35,270 nt of DNA from Domibacillus sp. Lineage in GTDB: Bacteria; Bacillota; Bacilli; Bacillales; Domibacillaceae. Made by a program: the position numbers and the translations under genes. Within the stretch, counting starts at the first letter, position 1. The number at the start of each line of letters is the position of its first letter. The stretch spans positions 1-35,270 of the forward strand of contig JAPSKG010000001.1 in the NCBI GenBank assembly GCA_031177795.1. Direction: 5' to 3'. The notes beneath the pieces are model-generated. The model made no database searches. It was not told the DNA's origin and worked only from the letters and a program-made list of their open reading frames with translations. Shown here piece after piece: positions 26,228-35,270 of this stretch.

Positions 26228-27445
26228 TTAAATAAGCATACCGGCAATGGCGGCACTTAATAGAGAAGCAAGAGCTCCAGCCAGCACAGATTTAAGGCCA
26301 AGGCGCGCAATGTCATTGCGTCGCGATGGAGCCAGGCTTCCTAATCCTCCAAGCAAAATGGCAAGGGAAGATATGTTGGCAAAGCCGCACAGGGCAAAGC
26401 TTACAATGGCAACCGTTTTGTCAGATAAGTTTTCAATTTCTGGAGCAAAGTTTGAATAAGCAACAAATTCATTTATAACAAGTTTTTGCCCGATAAAGTT
26501 ACCAGCTTGCACAGCTTCTTCCCAGGGCACACCAATTGCAAAAGCCAATGGAGCAAATATAAAACCAAGAATCAGCTCAAGTGAAAGTTGTTTAAATTGA
26601 AAAAAGCTGCCAATTAACCCAAGAAGGCCATTAAGCATGGCCACAATGGCAATAAAGGCTAAAAGCATCGCTCCAATATTTAAAGCGAGCTGCAAGCCGA
26701 CAGCCGCTCCTTTTGCTGCTGCATCAATGACATTGGCTGCATCTGTATCGGACTCCATTTTAAATTCTGCCGATTCCGGTTCATCTGTTGTTTCAGGAAC
26801 AAACAGTTTCGCCATAACAAGACCTGCTGGTGCCGCCATAAAACTAGCTGCGAGTAAATATTCAAGTGGAACTCCTAAAAGCGAGTAGCCTACTAAAACG
26901 GAGCCGGCAACAGAAGCAAGGCCGCCAGTCATAACTGCAAAAAGTTCCGATTCGGTCATTTTAGAAATATACGGCTTGATAACAAGAGGCGCTTCTGTCT
27001 GCCCGACAAAAATGTTAGCAGCTGCTGACATGGACTCTGCTTTTCTTGTACCTAAAATTTTAGACAAAGTCCCGCCGATAATCTTAATAAAAAATTGCAT
27101 AACTTTTAAGTAGTATAAAACAGAAATTAATGCAGAGAAAAAAATAACTACGGGTAAAACATTTAAAGCAAATATGAATGTAATCCCGGACTGCTCAGTG
27201 TAAAGGCCGCCGAATAAAAAATTGATTCCTTCGTTTGCATAGCCAGTAATAGCATTTACTACTTCTGTCAGCTTCAGAAGCAGGCTCTGGCCAAATTCCC
27301 ATTTTAAGACCATAAACGCAAAAATAAGCTGAAAAGCAAGGCCGCTGAAAACAGTTCGCCAATTAATTCGCTTTTTGTTAGAGGAAAAAAGAAAACCGAT
27401 ACTGAGAATAACTGCTATTCCCAGCAGCCCCCATAAAAATCCCAT
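26228..27445 (-). CDS. NupC-family concentrative nucleoside transporter
   Basis: AANIFVGQTEAP, MTGGLASVAGS, GQKLVINEFVAY, SFALCGFAN. ATG 27445 lies 8 nt after AAGGAG; TTG 27448 also possible. Confidence 0.92.
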   Translation of the reverse strand: MGFLWGLLGIAVILSIGFLFSSNKKRINWRTVFSGLAFQLIFAFMVLKWEFGQSLLLKLTEVVNAITGYANEGINFLFGGLYTEQSGITFIFALNVLPVVIFFSALISVLYYLKVMQFFIKIIGGTLSKILGTRKAESMSAAANIFVGQTEAPLVIKPYISKMTESELFAVMTGGLASVAGSVLVGYSLLGVPLEYLLAASFMAAPAGLVMAKLFVPETTDEPESAEFKMESDTDAANVIDAAAKGAAVGLQLALNIGAMLLAFIAIVAMLNGLLGLIGSFFQFKQLSLELILGFIFAPLAFAIGVPWEEAVQAGNFIGQKLVINEFVAYSNFAPEIENLSDKTVAIVSFALCGFANISSLAILLGGLGSLAPSRRNDIARLGLKSVLAGALASLLSAAIAGMLI

Positions 27446-27617
27446 CAAAACAACTCCTTGAATTTTAATTATACAACCACATCTGACTAGTTTATAATTA
27501 ACACCGTCGGCTATTCAACAGTTTGAAAAAAGAAGTAAAATTAAAACAATACTTACTTATATATATAGTCTGAATTAACAGAATATAAAGGTGTAAGAAA
27601 AGAAAGGAAGATAAAGT

Positions 27618-29189
27618 ATGACAGCATTTAAAGACGAGGTATTATCAAGACGTACCTTTGCAATCATATCCCATCCGGATGCGGGAAAAACAACTATGAC
27701 GGAAAAGTTGCTTCTTTTTGGAGGAGCCATTCGCGATGCCGGAACGGTAAAAGGGAAAAAATCCGGGAAATTTGCTACATCAGATTGGATGGAAATTGAA
27801 AAGCAACGGGGAATTTCGGTTACATCTTCTGTTATGCAATTTGCTTACAATGGGTTTAACGTTAATATTTTGGATACACCGGGCCATCAAGACTTCTCAG
27901 AAGATACCTATCGCACGCTTATGGCAGTAGACAGCGCAGTAATGATTGTAGATGCCGCTAAAGGAATCGAAGCTCAAACGTTAAAATTGTTTAAAGTTTG
28001 CCGGATGCGCGGCATTCCGATTTTCACGTTCATTAATAAATTAGACCGCCAGGGGAAAATGCCGCTTGAGCTTTTGGAAGAGCTTGAAGAAGTGCTTGGG
28101 ATTCAATCTTATCCGATGAATTGGCCGATCGGTATGGGTAAGGAATTTTTTGGTATTTACGACCGATACAACAAACGTGTTGAGCAATTCCGGACAGAAG
28201 AAGCAGATCGCTTTTTGCCGCTTGATGAAAAGGGGCATATTGCTGTTGACCATCCGATTAAGCAGTCTTCTCTTTACACAGAAGCAATGGAGGATATCAT
28301 GCTTTTAGAAGAAGCAGGCAATGATTTTTCTCGTGAAAAAATTAATTCAGGTGAATTGTCTCCGGTCTTTTTTGGTAGTGCATTGACTAATTTTGGTGTG
28401 CAGACATTTTTGGAAACATACTTGCAGTTTGCTCCGGCACCGCAGCCGCGTAAAGCAGATGTTGGTGAAATTGATCCGTTAAGCGAGCAATTTTCAGGAT
28501 TTATTTTTAAGATTCAGGCAAACATGAATCCGGCTCACCGGGACCGTATTGCATTCCTTCGCATTTGTTCAGGGAAATTTGAGAGAGGTATGTCTGTTAC
28601 TCTTGCCCGAACTGGAAAAACAACAAAGGTGTCTCAGTCTACACAATTTCTGGCAGACGACCGCAGCACGGTAAATGAAGCGGTAAGCGGAGATATTATT
28701 GGGCTTTACGACACAGGAAACTACCAGATTGGCGATACCCTAACAGGAGGCAAACCTGTTTTTCAATATGAAAAACTTCCGCAATTTACGCCGGAACTAT
28801 TTGTGAAAGTTGCAGCAAAAAATGTCATGAAGCAAAAAAGCTTTCATAAAGGGATTGAACAGCTTGTTCAAGAAGGTGCCATTCAAATGTATAAAACGGT
28901 TCGGACGGAAGAATACATTCTTGGAGCTGTGGGACAGCTGCAATTTGAAGTGTTTGAACACCGGATGTTAGGCGAATACAATTCTGAAGTTAGAATGGAG
29001 CCGATTGGTTCAAAAATTGCACGGTGGGTTGAAAACGAAGAAGACATTACGGATGCTATGTCATCATCAAGAAGCACACTTGTCCGTGACCGTGCAGGAA
29101 AGCTTGTCTTTTTATTTGAAAATGATTTTGCTCTTCGCTGGTTCCAGGACAAACATGAGAACATTCGTTTATACAACTTAATGGGATAA
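27618..29189 (+). CDS. prfC: Peptide chain release factor 3
   Basis: [57 protein letters not shown]...HRDR. Confidence 0.97.
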   Translation: MTAFKDEVLSRRTFAIISHPDAGKTTMTEKLLLFGGAIRDAGTVKGKKSGKFATSDWMEIEKQRGISVTSSVMQFAYNGFNVNILDTPGHQDFSEDTYRTLMAVDSAVMIVDAAKGIEAQTLKLFKVCRMRGIPIFTFINKLDRQGKMPLELLEELEEVLGIQSYPMNWPIGMGKEFFGIYDRYNKRVEQFRTEEADRFLPLDEKGHIAVDHPIKQSSLYTEAMEDIMLLEEAGNDFSREKINSGELSPVFFGSALTNFGVQTFLETYLQFAPAPQPRKADVGEIDPLSEQFSGFIFKIQANMNPAHRDRIAFLRICSGKFERGMSVTLARTGKTTKVSQSTQFLADDRSTVNEAVSGDIIGLYDTGNYQIGDTLTGGKPVFQYEKLPQFTPELFVKVAAKNVMKQKSFHKGIEQLVQEGAIQMYKTVRTEEYILGAVGQLQFEVFEHRMLGEYNSEVRMEPIGSKIARWVENEEDITDAMSSSRSTLVRDRAGKLVFLFENDFALRWFQDKHENIRLYNLMG

Positions 29190-29195
29190 CCTAAC

Positions 29196-29230
29196 AAAAC
29201 CTCTTTTTCATTAATGAAAGAGAGGTTTTT
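29196..29230 (+). terminator. Terminator after prfC
   Basis: AAAACCTCTTTTTCAT-ta-ATGAAAGAGAGGTTTTT. Confidence 0.8.
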
Positions 29231-29316
29231 ATATGGAAAGCTTTGAATTTGTTTTTAAGCAAGAAAATTCGGTATAGTTAAATAACAGCAATGTGATCAA
29301 TAGAGGGGGAAGCAAG

Positions 29317-32300
29317 TTGAAAGTAAGCAAGTTTTCCATTGACAGGCCTGTTTTTACAACAGTCGTGATGTTTTTAGTTATCATTCTTGGAATTGTCTCG
29401 CTTACGCGTATTCCATTAAAATTAATTCCAGAGCTAAATCCGCCATTTGCGGCTGTGGTTACAGCATATGAAGGGGCAGGGCCAACAGAAGTATCAGAGA
29501 AAATTACAAAACCGCTGGAAAAAAGTTTATCAACACTTCCTGGCATTGACAGTATTTCGTCTACATCGCAGGAAGGATCAAATTTTATTTTTCTTGAATT
29601 TTCTTGGAGCACGGATATTGATGATGTGCAAAACGACGTATTGCAAAGAATTGGCCAGACGCCTATGCCAGAAGGGGCGGGAGAGCCTCAATTTTTAAAA
29701 TTTGATCCATCCCAATTTCCTATCATCCAGCTGTCGCTTCAGTCAAATGATGAAAAAAGTCTTGAGCAGCTTTCCGAGGTTCTTCAAACAGACTTGTCTG
29801 CTGTTGAGGGTGTCGCGAACGTTTCAGTCACGGGCATTACAGCAGAAGATGTGCTGATTGAATTAAATGAAAAAAAGCTTGAAGAATACGGATTGGGGCA
29901 AGCGGATGTTGTCCAGATTATTCAAGCAAACAATGTATCACTTCCCGGAAATACAATTGAATCTGATGGGAAAACGCTGACGACCCGTGTGATTAGTCAG
30001 TTAACCTCAACAGAGGAAATAAAAAACTTAACGATCACTGTTAACCCGTTAACAGGAGAAAAGATAACAGTTGGTGATGTTGCTTTTGTTGAAGTAAAGC
30101 CTTTTAACGAAAATACGATCACGAGAGCTAACGACCGGCCCGCGGTTTTGTTTAGTGTGCTTCAAGAATCAGACGCTAACACAGCAGAAGTATCAAAAGC
30201 ATTTCAAGAGAAATTGGATGAATTGATGGAAAGCAGTCAATATAAAGAGGTGCAGGCGGATATTTTATTTGATCAAGGTGATTACATTCGCCTGGCCATT
30301 GGCAACATTGGTAATTCACTGATCGTAGGCGGTATACTGGCAATGGTCGTGCTTTTTTTCTTTTTGCGCAATGTGAAAAGCCCGCTTATTATTGGCGTTG
30401 CCATTCCTTACTCGGTTATTATCACATTTGTGCTAATGTATTTTGCTGGTTTCAACTTAAACATTATGACACTTGGCGCTCTTGCTCTCGGGATTGGTAT
30501 GCTCGTTGACAATGCCATTGTTGTCATTGAAAACATTTACCGTCATTTATCGATGGGGAAAAGCCCGAAAACAGCTGCTTATGATGGTGCAAAAGAAGTG
30601 GGTGCAGCTGTTACAGCTTCTACCTTGACCACAGTTGCTGTTTTTTTACCGGTTGTTTTTCTTTCAGGCATTCTCGGACAAATTTTCAAAGAGTTTGCGT
30701 TAACCATTTCTTTTAGCTTGCTTGCTTCGCTTGTTGTGTCTTTAACAGTTGTTCCTATGATGGCAAGCCGCTTTTTAACCGCAATACCTGAAGATGTAGA
30801 GCGCAAGAGGCAAACATCGCGCCGCTTTGTTGTATTTGAAAAAGCTGTCAGGTGGTCACTTTCTCATCGTGCAATCGTTCTTTTAGTGGCCTTTGTTTTG
30901 CTGGCAGGCGGTGTTTTTGGGCTTACAACAGTTGGAACACAATTTTTGCCTCCGACAGATGAAGGGTTTGTTACAGTGCGTGTTGAAACAGAAGAAGGTA
31001 CATCGCTTGCAGAAACAAATAAAGTAGTGGAAGCAGTAGAAAAAGTTCTTGCCGAAGAAAATGATACTCAAGTATATGTAAGCTTAATTGGATCAACCCA
31101 GGAAGAAGCCTTTAGAGGAACTGGGGAAGCAAACGAAGCAGAGTTGTATGTGAAAATGACAAAAGCGCGAGAGCAGTCTATTTTTGAATTTGTGGAAAAA
31201 GTGGAACCATCAGCAGAAGCAGCTGCTTTTTCGGTTAACAAAACAGCAGAAGTAACGTTTAATCTTCAGTCCGCTTCAGGCAGTTCACCACAAACACTGA
31301 CATTCAACGTTAGAGATGCAGATAAATCTCGCCTTGAGCAAACAGTAGAAAACATTCAAACAAAATTGAAAACCATTGATGGGGTTTTGGATGTACATAC
31401 GGACCGTGATGAAACAGCGAAGGAAATTCAAATAACTGTTAATCGTGAGGAAGCCCAAAAAGCTGGCTTTGTTCCGGCTCAGGTGGCCCAGATTGTGAAT
31501 GATGCAACTCGTGGGGTTTTTGCCACACAGATTATTGAGGAAAAATCATCGGAAGTAAAAACGGTGTATGTGCGATATGATGAACGTGTAACAGCCAATC
31601 TTGAACGGCTGAAAAAAATGCTTGTGAAAACCCCGTCCGGAAACTTTGTTGCTTTAGAAACAATTGCAACTATCAAAACAGCAAATGGTCCTGTTAACAT
31701 TCGCCATATTGAAGGGCAGGACGCCGTTCAATTTACTGTAACATATGCCACGGAAACAAATTTAGGTGATGTGGCTGAAAAGGTGGATAAAAAAATTGAA
31801 TCCTTAAAATTGCCCGATGAAACAAGTATTTCATATAGCGGCGACCAGGAGCTGTTAAATAACTCAAAAGACGATATGATACTGGCAGTTATTCTGGCAG
31901 TTATTCTGGTTTATATTGTGATGGCCGCGCAGTACGAATCATTTAAGTATCCATTTGTTATTATGTTTACAGTGCCTCTTATGATTGTCGGCGTGTCGCT
32001 TTCACTTCTTGTAGTAAAACTTCCTCTTAGTATTCCAGCAGTTATTGGAATATTAATTCTTGTCGGTATAGTTGTAAACAATGCGATTGTCATTGTGGAC
32101 TATATTTTACAGCGGAAGAGGGAAGGGTTAAATAGTGCAGAAGCCATTGTTCAATCGGTAAAAGATCGTGTTCGCCCCATTTTAATGACTTGTTTAACAA
32201 CAATCCTTGGCCTTGTTCCGCTTGCCTCTGGAATTGGAGATGGCACCGAGATCAATCAGCCGATGGGAATTGTCGTGATCGGCGGGTTAATTTCAAGTAC

Positions 32301-32391
32301 ATTTCTGACTTTGTTTGTTATTCCAGTTGTGTTTAGCTTGTTTGATCGGCAAACAAGGCGGCAAAATCGTTTACAAGAAAAAAATGAGTAA
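29317..32391 (+). CDS. RND (AcrB/SwrC-like) efflux transporter
   Basis: FSIDRPV, GMLVDNAIVVIENI, TLTTVAVFLP, GIVVNNAIV, RVRPILMT; two large extracytoplasmic loops. TTG 29317 after GAGGGGG. Confidence 0.92.
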   Translation: MKVSKFSIDRPVFTTVVMFLVIILGIVSLTRIPLKLIPELNPPFAAVVTAYEGAGPTEVSEKITKPLEKSLSTLPGIDSISSTSQEGSNFIFLEFSWSTDIDDVQNDVLQRIGQTPMPEGAGEPQFLKFDPSQFPIIQLSLQSNDEKSLEQLSEVLQTDLSAVEGVANVSVTGITAEDVLIELNEKKLEEYGLGQADVVQIIQANNVSLPGNTIESDGKTLTTRVISQLTSTEEIKNLTITVNPLTGEKITVGDVAFVEVKPFNENTITRANDRPAVLFSVLQESDANTAEVSKAFQEKLDELMESSQYKEVQADILFDQGDYIRLAIGNIGNSLIVGGILAMVVLFFFLRNVKSPLIIGVAIPYSVIITFVLMYFAGFNLNIMTLGALALGIGMLVDNAIVVIENIYRHLSMGKSPKTAAYDGAKEVGAAVTASTLTTVAVFLPVVFLSGILGQIFKEFALTISFSLLASLVVSLTVVPMMASRFLTAIPEDVERKRQTSRRFVVFEKAVRWSLSHRAIVLLVAFVLLAGGVFGLTTVGTQFLPPTDEGFVTVRVETEEGTSLAETNKVVEAVEKVLAEENDTQVYVSLIGSTQEEAFRGTGEANEAELYVKMTKAREQSIFEFVEKVEPSAEAAAFSVNKTAEVTFNLQSASGSSPQTLTFNVRDADKSRLEQTVENIQTKLKTIDGVLDVHTDRDETAKEIQITVNREEAQKAGFVPAQVAQIVNDATRGVFATQIIEEKSSEVKTVYVRYDERVTANLERLKKMLVKTPSGNFVALETIATIKTANGPVNIRHIEGQDAVQFTVTYATETNLGDVAEKVDKKIESLKLPDETSISYSGDQELLNNSKDDMILAVILAVILVYIVMAAQYESFKYPFVIMFTVPLMIVGVSLSLLVVKLPLSIPAVIGILILVGIVVNNAIVIVDYILQRKREGLNSAEAIVQSVKDRVRPILMTCLTTILGLVPLASGIGDGTEINQPMGIVVIGGLISSTFLTLFVIPVVFSLFDRQTRRQNRLQEKNE

Positions 32392-32398
32392 GTATAAT
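32370..32398 (+). promoter_or_regulatory. Putative sigma-A promoter for the riboswitch-TerC unit, overlapping the RND stop codon
   Basis: TTTACA-17 nt-TATAAT. Confidence 0.65.
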
Positions 32399-32436
32399 GA
32401 TATACAAGAAAACAATATTTCTTTGACGAAAAGTCG

Positions 32437-32550
32437 AAGGGGAGTAGCGTTAGGTGGAAACCTAAAGCAGGGCCGTCATTTCATGGATAAAGCAACAAGC
32501 TATCCATCGGTGCTGCTGGCATGAAGAAAAACATGCTTAGCGAGACCTTT
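32437..32550 (+). ncRNA. yybP-ykoY manganese riboswitch
   Basis: AAGGGGAGTAGC...CGTCATTTCA...GCGAGACCTT; upstream of a TerC-family gene. Confidence 0.88.
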
Positions 32551-32582
32551 GCCTGTAACCAGGGCAGAGGTCTCGCTTTTTT
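32539..32582 (+). terminator. yybP-ykoY expression-platform terminator
   Basis: AGCGAGACCTTTGCC / GGCAGAGGTCTCGCT-TTTTT; its left arm is the 3' strand of the aptamer P1. Confidence 0.85.
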
Positions 32583-32648
32583 GTTTTCTAAGTGCATGTT
32601 TTAGTGTGGGAATGGAAAGGTATAAAGTGACTGGAAGGAGAGAAGGAA

Positions 32649-33437
32649 ATGGATACTGCCCTGTTGCTTGAATACAGCTGGGTGCTCGCGGTCTTGATTC
32701 TGCTGGAAGGAATTCTCGCGGCCGACAACGCTGTAGTAATGGCTGTCATGGTCAAGCATTTGCCAAAAGAAGAACAGAAAAAAGCCCTGTTTTATGGTCT
32801 TCTGGGAGCACTTTTATTTCGACTCGCTGCTTTGTTTCTTATTGCGCTTCTTGTACAAGTTTGGCAGGTGCAGGCAATCGGTGCCCTGTACTTATTTTTT
32901 ATTTGCTTTAGCCATTTGTATAAGCAATGGAAAGAAAAAGGTGAGAAAATTGAAGGGCATGGGCTGGCACAAGAAACAAAAGGATCTTCTTTTTGGATGA
33001 CAGTATTAAAGGTTGAAGTGGCCGATATTGCGTTTGCGATTGACTCCATGCTTGCAGCTGTTGCTCTTGCTGTTACCCTTCCGAAAACCGGGTGGGGGCA
33101 AATTGGCGGTATCGACTCCGGTCAATTTCTTGTTATGTTTCTGGGCGGGTTTATAGGAGTAGTCATTATGCGCTTTGCAGCTACATGGTTTGTGCGCTTG
33201 CTGCAGAAATATCCAACGCTTGAGACTGCAGCGTTTTTAATTGTGGGCTGGGTAGGTGTTAAGCTTGCTGTTTTTACGCTGGCACATCCGGCGCTCGCTG
33301 TACTGGATGAACATTTTCCGGAATCTAAGCCGTGGAAGTTGATTTTTTGGTTAGTATTGATCGGCATTGCAGCCGGTGGTTATCTTGTAGCAAGGGCAAA
33401 AGGATCGGGAAAAAAGTTTGGAAACCAAGGAGGTTAA
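32649..33437 (+). CDS. TerC-family membrane protein (YkoY-like Mn exporter candidate)
   Basis: LEGILAADNAVV.A.MVKHLP, KALFYGL.GA..FR, VEVADIAFAIDS, LETAAF.IVGWVG.K. Confidence 0.92.
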   Translation: MDTALLLEYSWVLAVLILLEGILAADNAVVMAVMVKHLPKEEQKKALFYGLLGALLFRLAALFLIALLVQVWQVQAIGALYLFFICFSHLYKQWKEKGEKIEGHGLAQETKGSSFWMTVLKVEVADIAFAIDSMLAAVALAVTLPKTGWGQIGGIDSGQFLVMFLGGFIGVVIMRFAATWFVRLLQKYPTLETAAFLIVGWVGVKLAVFTLAHPALAVLDEHFPESKPWKLIFWLVLIGIAAGGYLVARAKGSGKKFGNQGG

Positions 33438-33474
33438 AAAAAACGCTTCGAACAAAACAGTTCGAAGCGTTTTT
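33436..33474 (+). terminator. Terminator after the TerC gene
   Basis: AAAAACGCTTCGAAC-aaaaca-GTTCGAAGCGTTTTT. Confidence 0.85.
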
Positions 33475-33533
33475 CTTTGAAAAAGCGCATAACTCGCAGC
33501 AGGTGAGAAGATAGTATAAAGAGAAAAGAGGGT

Positions 33534-34763
33534 ATGATGATGGACTTAAGATCAGGAAACGTTTACTGGCCGGATTTGCTTTGTAACCCGCCTTCTTACT
33601 CATGCGTGGAAAAAAATCTGGAGTGCGATGTGTTAATTGTTGGGGCTGGTGTATCAGGTGCATGCTGTGCTTACGAACTGAAAAACACTGGCTTAAACGT
33701 TATATTAATTGAGAAGGAAAGAGTAGCAGCAGGCAGCACCAGTGCAAACACAGGACTTCTGCAGTTTTCCAGCGATCAACTGTTACACCAGGCTATCCAG
33801 GCTTTTGGAGAAAAAGCAGCAGTTGAACACTATAAACGGTGCTGCAAAACGATTGTACGGCTTAACAATCAAATTATTCCACAACTGCCGATAAATCCTG
33901 ACCTGGTAATGCGTAAAAGCTTGTTTTTCGCAAGCAGTGAAAAAGATCAAAAAACAATACAGCTCGAGTATGAAGCACTGAAAAAAGCAAAATTTAATGT
34001 ACAGTACGCAGATAAAAGAGAAATGACAGAATGGGTGCCATTTACCCGCCCGGCAGCGCTTATTACAACCGGAGATGCAGAAATCAATCCATACAAGTTA
34101 ACTCATGGACTGATTTCCGCTGCCGCCCATGCAGGTGTGAAAGTTTTTGAGCAAACGGAAGTGACTGTAAAAAAAGCCAGTAATAAAAGCGTTGAGTTTT
34201 TAACAAAAAGCGGTTATATAATTAAAGCAAAAAAAGTTATTTTTGCTCAAGGATATGAAGCGCAGGAAACAAAAAAAGAAAAAGACGTAGTGATTAATAG
34301 AACATACGCTATTGTGACAAATCCAATTTTGGATTTGTCTTTTTGGAAAGAAAAAATAATGATTTGGGAAACAGCCCGTCCGTACTTTTATGCTCGCACA
34401 ACGGCTGATAAACGTATTATTATAGGAGGATTGGATGAACAGGTAATGTATCTTAAAAAAACTGACCGGAAACTAGAGGCCAAACAAGTTCAGTTAATTA
34501 AAGAACTAGAAAAATGGTTTCCGCCTTTACAAAATCACATTCACGCAGAGTATAAATGGAGCGGGTTGTTTGCAAACACACCGGACAGCCTGCCGGTTAT
34601 CGGCCGGTATGAACAATTTCCAAACAGCTATTTTTTGCTTGCTTATGGTGGAAACGGCACCGTTACCAGCCTTTTGCTGTCAAAGCTGATCACCCGGCAC
34701 ATAATGGGGAAAAAAGATGATGCCTTTTCATTTTATTTGCGTGCCCGGCTTTATAAAAACTAA
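33534..34763 (+). CDS. FAD-dependent oxidoreductase (DAO/DadA/PuuB family)
   Basis: Rossmann DVLIVGAGVSG, GSTSANTG, TPDSLPVIG, AYGGNG. Confidence 0.88.
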   Translation: MMMDLRSGNVYWPDLLCNPPSYSCVEKNLECDVLIVGAGVSGACCAYELKNTGLNVILIEKERVAAGSTSANTGLLQFSSDQLLHQAIQAFGEKAAVEHYKRCCKTIVRLNNQIIPQLPINPDLVMRKSLFFASSEKDQKTIQLEYEALKKAKFNVQYADKREMTEWVPFTRPAALITTGDAEINPYKLTHGLISAAAHAGVKVFEQTEVTVKKASNKSVEFLTKSGYIIKAKKVIFAQGYEAQETKKEKDVVINRTYAIVTNPILDLSFWKEKIMIWETARPYFYARTTADKRIIIGGLDEQVMYLKKTDRKLEAKQVQLIKELEKWFPPLQNHIHAEYKWSGLFANTPDSLPVIGRYEQFPNSYFLLAYGGNGTVTSLLLSKLITRHIMGKKDDAFSFYLRARLYKN

Positions 34764-34797
34764 AAAGCAGGGAACCCGTATTTTGGTTCACTGCTTT
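34762..34797. terminator. Terminator between convergent genes
   Basis: AAAAAGCAGGGAACC-cgtatttt-GGTTCACTGCTTT. Confidence 0.6.
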
Positions 34798-34803
34798 CTG
34801 CTT

Positions 34804-35268
34804 TTAAATATGAAGCTGGATCGCTTTTTTTGAAATGAAAAACAAAGAAGAGCCAGCACCGGCTGGATCGAAATTAGCAAGCAGGTAGCCGGGCGATACA
34901 ACCCATTGGCCGTCTTGTTTCATCATTTGGACAGGTTCTACAACAGTATGTTTATACAGCTCTTTTTCTTGAAGCTGAAGCGACGCAAAAGCTTCTCCGG
35001 CAGCCAATGGATTTTCAAGCAGCAGTTTATATACAGCTGCCCGTTCTGAAGAGTCCAAAAAAGAATCCCACCATGGCTTTCTCGGTTTATAACGCTGGTT
35101 ATTTAAATAATCGTATTTCATAATGCTTTCAACAGAGCTGGCATTTTCCGGATACACTTCTTTTAAAAAAGAAAACAAGCGCTTAAACAAATCTTCAAGC
35201 TGATGGCCGATCCGTCCCCAGCCTTGCTTTTCCCAGTAAGAACCAAAACCCTGGAAAAAGTCAAATGG
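34804..35268 (-). CDS. 3' part of a gene truncated by the window edge; resembles the C-terminus (DUF4080-like) of B12-binding radical SAM proteins
   Basis: The frame stays open upstream of the tracked start 35190 to the window end (PFDFFQGFGSYWEKQGWGRIGHQLEDLFKRL...). Family assignment is from recall only. Confidence 0.55.
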   Translation of the reverse strand, partial: PFDFFQGFGSYWEKQGWGRIGHQLEDLFKRLFSFLKEVYPENASSVESIMKYDYLNNQRYKPRKPWWDSFLDSSERAAVYKLLLENPLAAGEAFASLQLQEKELYKHTVVEPVQMMKQDGQWVVSPGYLLANFDPAGAGSSLFFISKKAIQLHI

Positions 35269-35270
35269 AG

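Noticed and set aside
31882-31909. 12-nt tandem repeat CTGGCAGTTATT x2.3 in the RND gene
   Set aside because: In frame, encodes LAVI-LAVI within an ordinary TM helix; too short to suggest a contingency locus.
32315-32524. 69-aa ORF across the RND end and riboswitch
   Set aside because: Fully explained by overlap with the yybP-ykoY RNA; no RBS.
33487-33516. Forespore sigma (SigF/SigG)-like promoter GCATA-15-GAAGATAGTA before the FAD oxidoreductase
   Set aside because: Mismatches in the -10 and a degenerate consensus; not supportable without TSS data.
275-33663. Numerous 60-130 aa antisense or alternate-frame ORFs in the track
   Set aside because: They overlap well-supported genes and show no motifs or RBS.
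1-35270. CRISPR arrays, IS elements, integrases, tRNA/rRNA, defence systems
   Set aside because: No regularly spaced repeats, transposase or recombinase motifs, or structural RNA signatures seen; the short inverted repeats are mostly terminators.

Overview
Low-GC Firmicute (Bacillaceae-like) chromosomal segment with no visible mobile elements, CRISPR arrays, rRNA or tRNA. It begins with the 3' end of an anaerobic cobalamin operon joined to a cobalt ECF importer (cbiF-G-A-M-N-Q-O), a CNNM/hemolysin-family CBS protein and pncB. The standout locus is a three-gene iron-storage nanocompartment operon: an IMEF cargo protein with C-terminal TVGSL targeting peptide, a Family 1 encapsulin shell, and a 2Fe-2S ferredoxin with an N-terminal TVGSL peptide. 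This system type is already described. Facing it is an uncharacterised 159-aa gene whose near-consensus sigma-A promoter is overlapped by a near-perfect Fur box, a candidate new iron-responsive partner. The remainder holds a CMD-family gene, a polar amino-acid ABC transporter, an FtsH-like protease, a cyclophilin, a TPP-riboswitch thiW-M-D-E operon, a lipid kinase, a divergent PAP2 protein, a malic enzyme with a perfect CodY box upstream, a SAM-I riboswitch metI-metC operon, a GlsB/YeaQ protein, a NupC-family transporter, prfC, an RND transporter, a yybP-ykoY riboswitch with a TerC gene, an FAD oxidoreductase and a truncated gene at the right edge. All calls come from reading the sequence and recalling families; no searches were run.
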